Source of the DNA: a virus
Lineage: Duplodnaviria > Caudoviricetes
Direction: 5' to 3' (one strand)
Virus record (IMG/VR): IMGVR_UViG_2844496579_000002
Span: 17,685 to 81,684 of that record
DNA: 64,000 bases
Part shown: positions 54,443-63,568 of the stretch, one piece after another
How the letters are laid out: each line of letters opens with the position of its first letter
How positions within the stretch are numbered: the stretch's first letter is position 1
The notes under the pieces: model-generated
Seen by the model: the letters and a program-made list of their open reading frames with translations, nothing else
Databases searched by the model: none
What the model was told of the DNA's origin: nothing
Position numbers and translations under genes: made by a program

Positions 54443-56345
54443 CGCGTTTCAAGGCCAGATCAACGAAGCGATCCGCAATCGGGCGCAGGTACCTCCTATA
54501 GCCCCTGGCCCCGAACGGGGCTTCAGTCTTTGGGGATTGGCGAAAGCTGCGCCTATGGGTGTAGCAGCGGGCGTTACGGACTCTGGCGCGTTCCTGTCCG
54601 ACACCGTTGGGGCCTTCGGGTCGGCCATGGCATCCACCGGCAGCACCGGCGTACTGCCATTCGCCGAGACGGAAGAGCAGCGAGTATGGCGTGAGCAGGG
54701 CACCGGCGCGGCTAAGAAGGCGCTGGACGACGGCACGGCATTCAGTAGCGACACCGGTGACACCTTGCGCGACGCCAGCCGCTGGCTGGGGCCGAATCCG
54801 CAGACCGCCAGCACGGCGGAACAGATGGTGTTCGGGTTCACCAAGACCATCACCAAGGCCGTCGGCTACACGGTCGCCACCGGCAACCCGCTGACGGGCG
54901 CAGCGCTGACTGGTGCGGATGAGGGCGTCACGGCGGCTGATGAGCTGCGTCGACAGGGTGTCGACCTTGCCACCCGCACGGGCGTGGGCGCGGTCACCGG
55001 CCTGGCAACGGGCGTGGGCGTGGCTCTGCCGGTCGCGGGCCAGACGATTGGCGGCACGATTGGCTATGCGGCGGCCGGCGGCCCGGGCCTTTTCATCGCA
55101 CAGCAGCAGATGACGCGCGACATTCTGAACAACGCCGACTACAGCAACCTGGCCGACCAGTACAACCCGTTCGATCCCGTTGGCCTGGCCGTTTCCGCCC
55201 TGGTGCCAGCAGCTTTCGGTGCCTGGGCGCTGCGAGGGCGCACGCGGGCAGCGGCAAGGGAAGGGCAGGCGGCACCGGCGCAAGCCGCCGAAGCAGCAGA
55301 AGCGCCGCGCGGCCCGGTGGCGCAGGAGCTGGTCGACGCGGCGCGCGTGCAGCGCGTGCGCGAGGTGGTCGATTCCTGGAACTTGGCCGACCCGTCCGAC
55401 GTGCGCGCCGCCAATGACGCCATGATGTCGGTCATGCGCGCGTCGTCGCAGATGGCCGACGGCCTGCCGGTTTATGTGGCGGACCAGTTCCCCATGAAGG
55501 AAGCCTACGCGGCCCGAGCCCTGGAAACGATGGTGGCCCGGTCGGAAGCCGCCCGTGCCGAGCTGCTGCCCCAGGCGGAAGCGCTGGCGGAGCCTGGCGC
55601 CATCCGTGCGCTGCGCGCCGAGGTGCAGACCTTGGCACAGGCGCGCCGCGCGTCTGGCGACGACGCCGAACTGCGCGCACTGGCCGACCAGATCCGCGCC
55701 AACGAGCCGCGCACCGGCGCTCGCGCTGCGCTGAACCGCGCGCGCAAGGAGCTGGACGCGCGCGCAGAAGAGACGGACGCGCGCATTGCCGCCCTGGAAG
55801 CGCAGATCGACGCCAACGCGGATGCCATGACCGCGCGCCAGGCGCTGGCAGTGCTGGATGAGCGCATCGAGCAGATGCGTGCCGAGCGTGCCAGCATTGA
55901 TGCGCCAGCCACGGCGATGAGGCCCGTTGCTGCTGGCGTGCGCGAGGCGGCCCGAGCTGCTGAATCACCGTTCCAGATCCCGGAGCGTGGGCGGCAAGCT
56001 GCGGCCGAGCGGGCGGACAACGGCGGCGCACTGCCCGGCGCGCCGGCTTTCGCCTCCGGTACCGACCTGGTCACGCCCACCGTCGCGCGCGCCGACGTAG
56101 ACCCCATCGCGCCGCCCGCCAAGCTGCCCGCCACCACGGCAGAGGTCACGAACGAGGCCTATGTGTCGGGCCGCCTGGCTGAGATTGAGGCCACCAATCC
56201 CGACATGCTGGTGCGCATGGATGGGGACGCCGAAGACGTGCCCATCACCGAAGCCATCCGCCGCCTGAACGAACAACTTGCGCAGGATGACGCGGACGCC
56301 GGCTTGCTGGCCGTGGCCGCCAACTGCTTCCTAAGCGCCGCATAA
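54429..56345 (+). CDS. Internal virion (ejection) protein
   Basis: A/G-rich hydrophobic segments; ends AANCFL. Confidence 0.75.
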   Translation: MALDDAFQGQINEAIRNRAQVPPIAPGPERGFSLWGLAKAAPMGVAAGVTDSGAFLSDTVGAFGSAMASTGSTGVLPFAETEEQRVWREQGTGAAKKALDDGTAFSSDTGDTLRDASRWLGPNPQTASTAEQMVFGFTKTITKAVGYTVATGNPLTGAALTGADEGVTAADELRRQGVDLATRTGVGAVTGLATGVGVALPVAGQTIGGTIGYAAAGGPGLFIAQQQMTRDILNNADYSNLADQYNPFDPVGLAVSALVPAAFGAWALRGRTRAAAREGQAAPAQAAEAAEAPRGPVAQELVDAARVQRVREVVDSWNLADPSDVRAANDAMMSVMRASSQMADGLPVYVADQFPMKEAYAARALETMVARSEAARAELLPQAEALAEPGAIRALRAEVQTLAQARRASGDDAELRALADQIRANEPRTGARAALNRARKELDARAEETDARIAALEAQIDANADAMTARQALAVLDERIEQMRAERASIDAPATAMRPVAAGVREAARAAESPFQIPERGRQAAAERADNGGALPGAPAFASGTDLVTPTVARADVDPIAPPAKLPATTAEVTNEAYVSGRLAEIEATNPDMLVRMDGDAEDVPITEAIRRLNEQLAQDDADAGLLAVAANCFLSAA

Positions 56346-56354
56346 GGAAACGAC

Positions 56355-58835
56355 ATGCTCAAGAAATGTATTGACCAGGTGAACGCGGCTGCCGGCCGCA
56401 CGCTCAGCCAGGCGAAAATCGCCGCCATCGATGACCGGCTAACTGGCACCGCCCAGACGATGGCCCGGCAAGACCGCGCGGCGTGGCTGGCCTTGACGCC
56501 CGCCCAGCGCACCCTGGCCGCCGCCGAGCGTGCCATGCAGGACGCCAAGGCAGAGGCCCGGCTAAAGCTTCAGCGCCAGCAGATGCAACTGGTCAAGCGG
56601 GCCGACGTGGATGGCGAGATCGCCGGCATCCAAGACCTATTCAACGACAGCCGGTCGCGCGCGTTGGTTCGCCACATGGAACAGACCGATTCCTACATCA
56701 AGGGCGTCAAGGATCAGTATTGGTCCCAGCTTCGCAGCCTGTTCGACGCGGCGACGTCCACCAACGGGGTTTCGGCCGGGCGCCGTGCGCTGCAATTCCT
56801 GTTCGACGTCGAAAACCCGCAGATGACGCGCGACCTTGCTGCCGAAGTGTTTGCGCGCGGCGAAGGACGGACGGGCAACAAGCTGGCGGTCGAAGCGGCC
56901 AAGGCCTGGGATACGACCATCGAGACGATGCGCCAGCGCTTCAACAACGCAGGCGGCGACATCGGTCGGCTGGAATACGGCTATGTGCCGCAGGCGAGCG
57001 ACCAGGGGCGCGTGCTGGCCGCGGGACAGGATGCTTGGGTGCAGAAGACCATGCCGAAGCTGGACCGCAACCGGTACGTGCGCCCGGACGGACGCCAGAT
57101 GGACGACGCGGAAATGACTGCTTTCCTCCGCGCCACTTGGGAAACGCTGTCTTCTGGCGGGCTGAACAAGCTGGAGCCGGGCGGCTTTCGCGGCACCGGG
57201 TCACGCGCCAACCGCGGCAGCCAGGCCCGGCAGCTTCATTGGCGCGACGGGCAGGCCTACGTCGAATACATGGGCGAGTTCGGCCAAGGCAGTATGTACG
57301 ACGCCATGAACAGCCATATCTCCGGTCTGGCCCGCGACATCGCACTGGTCGAGCGTTACGGGCCGAACCCTGCCCACCAGTTCCGCGTCCAGGCCGACAT
57401 TGCCGAGAAGGAGGACGGCGGCATCAAGCGGTCATTCATCAATCAGCCCGAAGCCTATTTCGACGTTCTGACGGGGAACGCCGGCGCAGTACAGAACGCA
57501 AGCCTTGCGCGCGTCGCGGCGGACATGCGGAACCTGAACGTCGCTTCCAAGCTGGGCCGGGCCGTCTGGGCGGCCATCTCGGATATCCCGACCTACATGG
57601 TGACGTCGGGCTACAACAAGCTGCCTTACTGGCAGGCGCTGAAGAACATCGGTGGCCAGTTCAGCGGTGAAACGCGCGAGTTTCTGACCGCGCACGGCCT
57701 GATTGCTGAATCCCTGGTGTCGGACCTGAACCGGTTTTCCGGCGACCATATCCGCAACAACTGGTCGGGCAAGGTCGCCAACAGCGTGATGAAGCTGTCC
57801 TTGATGAACGCCTGGACGGACAGCATGCGCCGCGCCTTCCAGATGACCATGATGGGCGGCCTGGGCAAGATGGCCGGCAAAGAGTGGGGCGCACTGACCG
57901 AATGGGACCGCTCGCACCTGGCGCGCAAAGGCATCACCGAGGACGATTGGACGGTCATCAGCCAGGTGCAGCCGACCGAGTACCGCGGACAGAAGTACCT
58001 GACGCCGGAATCCATCATGGCCACGGGCGCCGACAATGCACCGCAGCTGGTATCAAAGGTGTTGGGCCTGATCCGCGACGAATCAGAATATGCGGTGATC
58101 AACCCCGACCTGGCCACGCGCGCGGCGCAGACCTGGGGTGGCCAGCAGGCGGGCACCATTGGCGGCGAGCTGGCGCGCTCCGTCATGCAGTTCAAGAGCT
58201 TTCCGATGGCTATGATTTCCCGGCACTACCGCCGCATGATCGACGCGCCGCGAGGTCTGGACGGCGCGCCGGCGGCGGCCAACCGGCTGGCCTACGGCAC
58301 CGCCATCATGCTGGGCACCACCATCGCGGGCGGCATCGCCTTCCAGATCAAGGAAATGCTCTCTGGCCGCGACCCTGTGGCATTGAACAGCGGACGGTTC
58401 TGGTCTGAAGCGCTGTTGCAGGGAGGTGGGCTGTCCATCGTGGGCGATATGCTCTTTCAGGATCCCCGCGAGACGCCTGGAGGCTTTGCCGCATCCGTGG
58501 GCGGCACGGTGCTGGGCCCGTCTGCCGGCACGATGTTTGATGTCGTGGGCCTGGGCGTCGAGAACGCATGGCGCGCGGCCAGCGGCGATGATCTGAACCT
58601 GGGCGCCGGCGCGGCGCGCACGGTACGCGGCACGCTGCCGTATCAAAACCTTTGGTGGCTGTCAGGCGCGATCGACCACACCTTCTTTCACGCCTTGCAA
58701 GAAAACCTCAGTCCGGGATACTTGAGCCGAGTGGAGCGCCGCGCGTCGCGCCAACACGATCAGGATTACTGGTGGCAGCTTGGGCCAGGCCTGCCGGAGC
58801 GCGGCCCCGACCTTTCCCGTGCCTGGAGTCGCTGA
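56355..58835 (+). CDS. Large internal virion (ejection) protein
   Basis: M.KKCI..V..AAGR, R.RFN.AGGDIG.L, GE..RS.MQFKSFP, GGGLSI.GD, PYQNLWW. Confidence 0.8.
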   Translation: MLKKCIDQVNAAAGRTLSQAKIAAIDDRLTGTAQTMARQDRAAWLALTPAQRTLAAAERAMQDAKAEARLKLQRQQMQLVKRADVDGEIAGIQDLFNDSRSRALVRHMEQTDSYIKGVKDQYWSQLRSLFDAATSTNGVSAGRRALQFLFDVENPQMTRDLAAEVFARGEGRTGNKLAVEAAKAWDTTIETMRQRFNNAGGDIGRLEYGYVPQASDQGRVLAAGQDAWVQKTMPKLDRNRYVRPDGRQMDDAEMTAFLRATWETLSSGGLNKLEPGGFRGTGSRANRGSQARQLHWRDGQAYVEYMGEFGQGSMYDAMNSHISGLARDIALVERYGPNPAHQFRVQADIAEKEDGGIKRSFINQPEAYFDVLTGNAGAVQNASLARVAADMRNLNVASKLGRAVWAAISDIPTYMVTSGYNKLPYWQALKNIGGQFSGETREFLTAHGLIAESLVSDLNRFSGDHIRNNWSGKVANSVMKLSLMNAWTDSMRRAFQMTMMGGLGKMAGKEWGALTEWDRSHLARKGITEDDWTVISQVQPTEYRGQKYLTPESIMATGADNAPQLVSKVLGLIRDESEYAVINPDLATRAAQTWGGQQAGTIGGELARSVMQFKSFPMAMISRHYRRMIDAPRGLDGAPAAANRLAYGTAIMLGTTIAGGIAFQIKEMLSGRDPVALNSGRFWSEALLQGGGLSIVGDMLFQDPRETPGGFAASVGGTVLGPSAGTMFDVVGLGVENAWRAASGDDLNLGAGAARTVRGTLPYQNLWWLSGAIDHTFFHALQENLSPGYLSRVERRASRQHDQDYWWQLGPGLPERGPDLSRAWSR

Positions 58836-59200
58836 TGCGCCAAGATCAATTCGAACGCCTGACCGAATACGCCGAGAAGCTGATTGACGTGCTGGTGCAG
58901 GAGATGGACCCGGAAAACTGGCCTGGCCACGGCGTCGACCCGAACAAGATGGACGCCCAAACCCGTGGTGATCGGTTCTGGGCAAAGAAAAACCCCATCG
59001 CCACCGTCACCCTGGCCATGAAGCTTAATAGCCTTATCGACCTGACGCGGCGCCAGACGGCCGATCCCCTGGGCGGGGCGATTGCGGTGGGCGACCATGC
59101 CGATCCTGATGACGGCATGGACGGCGAGGTCAAACGTGCCGAGAAGGAAGCCGCCAAGTTTCTGGCGAAGGTCCAGAAGGCGGCCGGCGCTGCGCAATGA
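58835..59200 (+). CDS. Probable terminase small subunit
   Basis: E.DP..WPG...RGDR.W.KKN; coupled to TerL. Confidence 0.65.
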   Translation: MRQDQFERLTEYAEKLIDVLVQEMDPENWPGHGVDPNKMDAQTRGDRFWAKKNPIATVTLAMKLNSLIDLTRRQTADPLGGAIAVGDHADPDDGMDGEVKRAEKEAAKFLAKVQKAAGAAQ

Positions 59201-60852
59201 AGCGAAAGATATCCTTCCTGGCCTTCTTCCTGATGTGGGCGAAGGTCCAGGGCTGGACCGTGCCGGACCTGCACGTCCGCATCTGCCACTGGCTGGGGAC
59301 CTGCGATTCCCCGGTGCGTGTGCTTCAGGTGTTCCGGGGTGCGGCTAAGTCAACCATCTACGCCGTATACAAGGCGTGGCAGCTTTACTGCGATGGCACG
59401 TGGGTGTCACTCATCTGGGCAGCCGACGGGCCTCTGGCCAAGAAGCTGACGCGCGACACTATCAACGTGCTGCGCCGGCATCCGCTGTGCGGCGGCATGC
59501 TGCCCACCAAACCCGGCTCGCAGATGTTCTGGGTGTCCGGAGCCAACGACCCGCGCAACGCCAGCATGACCGCCGTGGGCGTAAATCAGAACGTCACCAG
59601 TGCCCGGGCGCGCGATATCGATTACGACGACGTCGAGGTGCCGAAGAACATCAAGACGGCCGACGCCCGGGAGAATCTGCGCGCCAAGATCCAGGAGGCC
59701 ACCTTCATCCTGGTACCTGGCGGACAGGAAACATACATCGGCACGCCGCACACGCACGATTCCATCTATCCGGAAATGATCGCCGCCGGCGCGGCTTCGC
59801 TGACAATCCCGCTTCTGGAAGACCAGATCCGGTACGAAGACACCACGAAGCGCACCCGCTACCCGGTTCCGTTCAAGCCTGGCGCAGACGGGCTGTATGT
59901 GATGCTGGGCATCTACAAGCATGCCCGGCTGCTGGTGGAAGGGCGCGACTATCGATACGAGCGCGGCGAGGTGGTATTCGCCAAACCGCCAGGCGGCGCT
60001 GTGCTGGACATCTACGCGCGGTGCTCTTGGCCGGAACGCTTCACGCGCGCGGAAATCGAGATCCGCCGCCAGAAAACCAGAACCCTGAACTATTGGGACT
60101 CGCAGTATCAGCTACAGGCCAAGCCAATCAAAGAATCGCGCTTGGATCCCGACCGAATCAAGGCATACGCAGTACACCCGACGGTGGAGCACGCCAACAA
60201 GTCGGTGCGCATGATGCTGGGCCGCGCGCAGATCGTAAGTGCCCGGGCTTACTGGGATTGTGCCTTGGGCAAGATCCACGGCGACGTATCGGCCTTCTCT
60301 TTGATGCTGGACGACGCGGCAGGGAACACCTATTGGCATGTCTGCCAGGCACTGATCGGCGAGTTTGCCGTGTTCTCCGACCAGCGCAATACCAAAATCG
60401 TTGATGGGCAGGTCCTTCAGGCTTGCCGCCTTATTGAGCGGTTCAACATCCCCAATGTGTATGTGGAGACAAACGGCAATGGTGCCTTCGTCCCGCAACT
60501 GCTGCGCCAGGCCCTGAAGCAGGAGAGGCTGCGATGCGGCGTCACTGACATCCAGGTCGGCACGAACAAGAACGAACGCATCCTGGACGGGCTAGAAGGC
60601 CCCATAAAGTCTGGTGTCCTATGGGCCCATGAGGATGTGCTAAATGGCCCCATGTACGACCAAATGAAGGACTGGAATCCGGCCATCAAGCAGCAGCCTG
60701 ACGACTATCTGGACAGCGGCGCCGGCGCAATCCTGCAAGCGCCAGTGAGGGTCGGCCTATTGGTTCGGGAAAAAGTCGGGATTCCGACCCGCCCGGAGGG
60801 CGAAGATTGGCGCCCAAGCGGGGGTGTTCACGAGGTAACCCTCGAAATGTAG
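59197..60852 (+). CDS. terL: Terminase large subunit
   Basis: FRGAAKST, SARA...DDVEVP.N, IGTPH, WPERF, VETNG.G, K.ERI, DDYLD. Confidence 0.92.
   Translation: MKRKISFLAFFLMWAKVQGWTVPDLHVRICHWLGTCDSPVRVLQVFRGAAKSTIYAVYKAWQLYCDGTWVSLIWAADGPLAKKLTRDTINVLRRHPLCGGMLPTKPGSQMFWVSGANDPRNASMTAVGVNQNVTSARARDIDYDDVEVPKNIKTADARENLRAKIQEATFILVPGGQETYIGTPHTHDSIYPEMIAAGAASLTIPLLEDQIRYEDTTKRTRYPVPFKPGADGLYVMLGIYKHARLLVEGRDYRYERGEVVFAKPPGGAVLDIYARCSWPERFTRAEIEIRRQKTRTLNYWDSQYQLQAKPIKESRLDPDRIKAYAVHPTVEHANKSVRMMLGRAQIVSARAYWDCALGKIHGDVSAFSLMLDDAAGNTYWHVCQALIGEFAVFSDQRNTKIVDGQVLQACRLIERFNIPNVYVETNGNGAFVPQLLRQALKQERLRCGVTDIQVGTNKNERILDGLEGPIKSGVLWAHEDVLNGPMYDQMKDWNPAIKQQPDDYLDSGAGAILQAPVRVGLLVREKVGIPTRPEGEDWRPSGGVHEVTLEM
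60770..60807 (+). promoter_or_regulatory. Late promoter motif, copy 3 (inside the terL 3' end)
   Basis: AAAAAGTCGGGATTCCGAC-13nt-GAAGAT, upstream of fibre and lysis genes. Confidence 0.72.
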
Positions 60853-60891
60853 CCGGCACCTCTGTCGGCGCGTGCCGCCGGAGTGAATGCC

Positions 60892-62115
60892 GTGACCGTC
60901 CCCAGCCAAATCCCAGTTACCGAATACATCGCCAACGGCGTTACGGTGCTGTTCCCCTTCAATTTCCTTTGTTTTTCTGCTGCCGACCTGGAGGTGATGG
61001 CCGATCTGGTGCCCGTGGATCCAGTTAATTACACAGTTGCGGGCCTGAACGTACCGACAGGGGGTAGCGTCAACTTCCTGGTGCCACCCGCCAATGGCGT
61101 AAAAATCACGATCCGCCTGAGCGTAATTCTGAGTCGCACCACTGACTATCAGACAGACGGCGATCTACTTGCCGGGGTTGTGAATCGGGACTTTGATCGA
61201 CTATGGCTGGCGCAGCAGGGCAGCGCCGTCGATCTGGATAGCGCGGTCAAATTCCCGCCGGGCGAACAGGCGGGCTATCTTCCGGCGGTGGATGACCGCA
61301 AGGGCAAGGCCCTTGTGTTCAACCCCACGACAGGGGATCCCGAGCCATCGGCTGATGACTATGTCAACCAGGCGGCCAATGCGGCGGCGAGCGCCGCGGC
61401 CGCGCAGCAATCCAATCTTGATGCGCAATCCGCCGCCGCTGCGGCCACCTCAGCAGCCAGTGCGGCGCAAAACTCCGCATCCAGCGCAGCCGATTCTGCC
61501 CAGGAAGCGGCGGAAGCCCTGACCGACATTGCATCCTTCGTGACTGTCGTTCCTTCCGGAAACATCGCCAGCACCAACGTGCAGGCGGCGCTGCAGGAAT
61601 TGGACGCGGAAAAGCCCCAGAAGACCGAAGCACAGTGGTTCGGAAAGGCGATCGGCGAACCGTTCTTTCTGCAGGACGACATTGTTGGTATCTCGCCGCC
61701 TCCCACGAACAGCACGGAATATCGATTCATCCGACTGACTGCGTCGGATTCATATAACACCGGCGTTCTTACAAGCGAGTCGGTTTCCGGATCCTCACCT
61801 GAAATCACCGCGACCGCAGTAATCAGCCTGTCAGGAAGTCCTATCAACGGCGCTACGGTCCAGTTGATCAATACCGAGCGCCGATTTCTCCGCGCTGGCG
61901 GCGCCGGCACCCTGCAGAACAGCGATAACAAGGCTCACACGCACGGCGGCGCCGGTGGCGCAAGCTTCATCTTTGGCAGCAATGCCGGAATCACTGCTGC
62001 GGCCAGCGGCTCAGGCGGCACGACCTGGGGCGTGGCTGCCAATACGGCCAGCTCGGGCGGCACCGAGGCGCGCTCTCGCAACATCGGCGCCACCGCCTAC
62101 ATGAGGATCAAATAA
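60892..62115 (+). CDS. Tail fibre protein
   Basis: T7 gp17-like N-terminus (NGVT..FPF.F...YTV.G...GG.V.F..PP), R.TDYQ..GD....N.DFDRLW, A/S-rich shaft, EAR.RN. Confidence 0.9.
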   Translation: MTVPSQIPVTEYIANGVTVLFPFNFLCFSAADLEVMADLVPVDPVNYTVAGLNVPTGGSVNFLVPPANGVKITIRLSVILSRTTDYQTDGDLLAGVVNRDFDRLWLAQQGSAVDLDSAVKFPPGEQAGYLPAVDDRKGKALVFNPTTGDPEPSADDYVNQAANAAASAAAAQQSNLDAQSAAAAATSAASAAQNSASSAADSAQEAAEALTDIASFVTVVPSGNIASTNVQAALQELDAEKPQKTEAQWFGKAIGEPFFLQDDIVGISPPPTNSTEYRFIRLTASDSYNTGVLTSESVSGSSPEITATAVISLSGSPINGATVQLINTERRFLRAGGAGTLQNSDNKAHTHGGAGGASFIFGSNAGITAAASGSGGTTWGVAANTASSGGTEARSRNIGATAYMRIK

Positions 62116-62537
62116 TGCCCTACGCAGCCAATGGCCAGATCAGCCACGACCCCATTCCCGGCGGCATCGCGATCACCCCCACGCAGTACGCCGAAGCGCT
62201 CGACGGCATGCTCGACGGCAAGGTCGTCACCGTGGACGGCGGCTTCAAGGTCGCCTTCCCGCCAGCGCCCGAGCCCGAGGTGCCCACCGAACCGCCGCCG
62301 GTCACCGTGGTGTCGCGCTTCCAGGCCCTGGCCGCGCTCATGCAGGCCGGCCTGCTGGATGACGTGACCGCCTGGGCCAACGCGCCCGCCACGGATCCGC
62401 TCTACAAACTGGCGTTCGACACGGCCACAGAATTCTCCATTTCCAGCCCGACGATGACCGCCGGCGCGGCCGCGCTCGGCTGGTCCAGCGCGCAGCTGCA
62501 GGCGCTGTTTGATGCAGCGGCGGAGATCGTGGCGTGA
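62115..62537 (+). CDS. Tail fibre assembly chaperone
   Basis: I.IT..QY..AL, VSRFQA.AAL..AGLL, L.ALF..A. Confidence 0.8.
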   Translation: MPYAANGQISHDPIPGGIAITPTQYAEALDGMLDGKVVTVDGGFKVAFPPAPEPEVPTEPPPVTVVSRFQALAALMQAGLLDDVTAWANAPATDPLYKLAFDTATEFSISSPTMTAGAAALGWSSAQLQALFDAAAEIVA

Positions 62538-62866
62538 TCCCCGAACCGCCGGGCCTGGGCGAAGACGCCAAGGTGATTCTGACGGCGCTGCGCGACATGC
62601 AGGCAGAGGCCCAGCGCGACAGCGACGCCAAGCATGAGGCCAATCGCAAGGAAATGCTGGCGCTGTCCGCCGCCGTGAAGACCGCGTTTCCCGACGGTGA
62701 CTTCGACGGGCACCGTCGCTACCACGAGTTGCTGATCGCACGCGAAGAGCAGCGCCAGCAGATTCGGCGCGAAGTGTTGACCCATCTACTCAAGGGCAGC
62801 ACCTGGGCCATGTTGGTGGGGCTGCTATGGATGGTGTTGCGGCACGCGAAGGACTATCTCAAATGA
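62534..62866 (+). CDS. Lysis-cassette membrane protein (antiholin-like)
   Basis: AFPDGD.DGHRRYHE plus C-terminal TM segment. Confidence 0.65.
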   Translation: MIPEPPGLGEDAKVILTALRDMQAEAQRDSDAKHEANRKEMLALSAAVKTAFPDGDFDGHRRYHELLIAREEQRQQIRREVLTHLLKGSTWAMLVGLLWMVLRHAKDYLK

Positions 62867-63081
62867 AAATGATCCAAGACTGGCGCCGCAAGTTCCCGCG
62901 CCTATGGAGCGTGCGCCTAGCGCTGCTGGCTGCGCTGCTGTCTGCCGTGGAGGTTTGCATGAATCTGTGGCTCACCGGCAAGCCGCCGCTGATCGTGATC
63001 GGCGCCGGCCTTTTCTCCCTCTGCGCGGCCATCTCGCGCGTCATATCCCAGCCGAGGCTGAATGATGAAGACCGGAGCTAA
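62863..63081 (+). CDS. Holin
   Basis: MKM..DWRR....WSVRL, two TM segments, R.I.QP. Confidence 0.8.
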   Translation: MKMIQDWRRKFPRLWSVRLALLAALLSAVEVCMNLWLTGKPPLIVIGAGLFSLCAAISRVISQPRLNDEDRS

Positions 63082-63568
63082 GCGTACCTTGCAGGGAACG
63101 GTAGGGGCTGGCGCCGCGGCCATCCTGCTTTCCATCGTGCCCAAGTTCGAAGGCATGATCTTGCGCGGGTACAAAGACCCAATCGGGATCGTGAGTGCCT
63201 GCGCAGGGCACACCAAGACGGCGGTGCTGGGCAAGCCGTACACGCCAGAGGAATGCGCCGCGCTGCTAGATCAGGATCTGGTGGAGCATGCCCAAGGCGT
63301 CCTGGCCTGCACGCCGGCGCTGGCCGGCCATACCAACCAGACCGCCGCCGCCGTGAGCTTTGCCTATAACGTCGGGGTGGGTGCGTACTGCCGATCGATG
63401 ACGGCGCGGCGATTCAACGCTGGAGAGTGGGCGGGCGCGTGCCGGGCCATGAACCAGGCCGACAACGGCAAGCCGCAATGGGTCTGGGCCGACGGCAAGA
63501 TTCTTCCTGGACTAGTGACGCGCCGTGCTGCTGAGCGCGCGCTGTGCGAAACGGGCCTGCCGAAATGA
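63062..63568 (+). CDS. SAR-type endolysin (GH24)
   Basis: G/A-rich N-terminal anchor; FEG....Y.DP.GI...C.GHT; FAYNVG; GLV.RR..ER.LC. Confidence 0.9.
   Translation: MMKTGAKRTLQGTVGAGAAAILLSIVPKFEGMILRGYKDPIGIVSACAGHTKTAVLGKPYTPEECAALLDQDLVEHAQGVLACTPALAGHTNQTAAAVSFAYNVGVGAYCRSMTARRFNAGEWAGACRAMNQADNGKPQWVWADGKILPGLVTRRAAERALCETGLPK

Noticed and set aside
43547-60788. 19-bp identical repeats as CRISPR repeats or transposon ends
   Set aside because: Only three copies, kilobases apart, with no spacer array, cas gene or transposase; their positions fit promoters
60892-62537. BPP-1-style diversity-generating retroelement
   Set aside because: No reverse transcriptase, Avd or TR/VR pair seen near the tail fibre or elsewhere in the window
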